A DNA stretch of 64,000 nt from Bacillota bacterium (GTDB taxonomy: Bacteria; Bacillota; Clostridia; Christensenellales; CAG-314). The stretch is from positions 264,463-328,462 of the forward strand of contig JAEWZT010000002.1 in assembly GCA_023458375.1 (NCBI GenBank), read 5' to 3'. A program made the translations under genes and the position numbers. The notes below the pieces were generated by a model. That model was not told where the DNA came from. It saw only the letters and a program-made list of their open reading frames with translations, and did no database searches. Below, in pieces: positions 63,802 through 64,000 of this stretch. Numbering within the stretch: position 1 is the stretch's first letter; every line of letters begins with the position of its first letter.

Positions 63802-64000
63802 AGCTCAAAGGCAAAAATAAAGTAATTGCTCAACCGCCAAAACCAATTTGCCGCTTCTAAGCCGCATTTTACATAAAAATTACAATTCGCAAGCAAAATA
63901 GTATACATGGAGTGTCCAGTAGTCCGTAAGCAATTTTCATCGCCCAATTTTGTTTGCTTTTAATTTTTTGATTTTTCCTTAGGTTTTAACTTAATATTTT

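Noticed and set aside
1-64000. Low coding density and long ORF-free spacers considered as a sign of an alternative genetic code (for example TGA reassigned).
   Set aside because: All recognisable genes are full-length and terminate normally under the standard bacterial code. selB and tRNA-Sec argue for conventional UGA stop/Sec usage. The spacers contain stops of all three types in every frame.

Overview
64-kb chromosomal segment that looks like a moderately AT-rich, endospore-forming Firmicute (Clostridia-like). Supporting signs are a gerA-type germinant-receptor operon, rpsF-ssb-rpsR, walJ-like/rlmH synteny and GGAGG-type ribosome-binding sites. All family names come from motifs I recognise by eye in the translations; no searches were run. 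I call about 62 protein-coding genes, 3 tRNAs (Sec-UCA, Ser-CGA, Gln-CUG), one cobalamin riboswitch with a terminator expression platform, several promoters, operators and intrinsic terminators, at least five decayed genes or gene fragments, and two degenerate non-coding repeat arrays. I see no rRNA, CRISPR array, transposase, integrase or intact prophage. Housekeeping content includes selB plus tRNA-Sec, dut, GTP-PEPCK, an aminotransferase, rsmI, signal peptidase I, rlmH, split transketolase, ung, and an MsbA-like ABC exporter. The best candidate for a poorly understood system is a three-gene operon at 11.2-13.9 kb. It encodes an XRE-HTH/S24 (LexA-like) repressor, a 'DNA modification/repair' radical-SAM protein and its DUF4130 partner, and is preceded by a nested palindrome. 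Other loci worth a second look are listed here.
- A B12-riboswitch-controlled DUF4430 + ECF-S-like uptake pair.
- Two visibly low-GC islets, one next to tRNA-Ser (ArsR + Cys-rich protein) and one carrying an XRE regulator divergent from a coiled-coil membrane protein.
- A decayed-gene cluster next to tRNA-Gln.
- A decayed copy of part of a 920-aa Big_2 lipoprotein gene.
- Enzymes and transporters with long, low-complexity N-terminal extensions.
- Unusually long, strand-asymmetric A-rich spacers upstream of many genes.
- Four frameshifts that all map to homopolymer runs, which could be assembly error or real decay.
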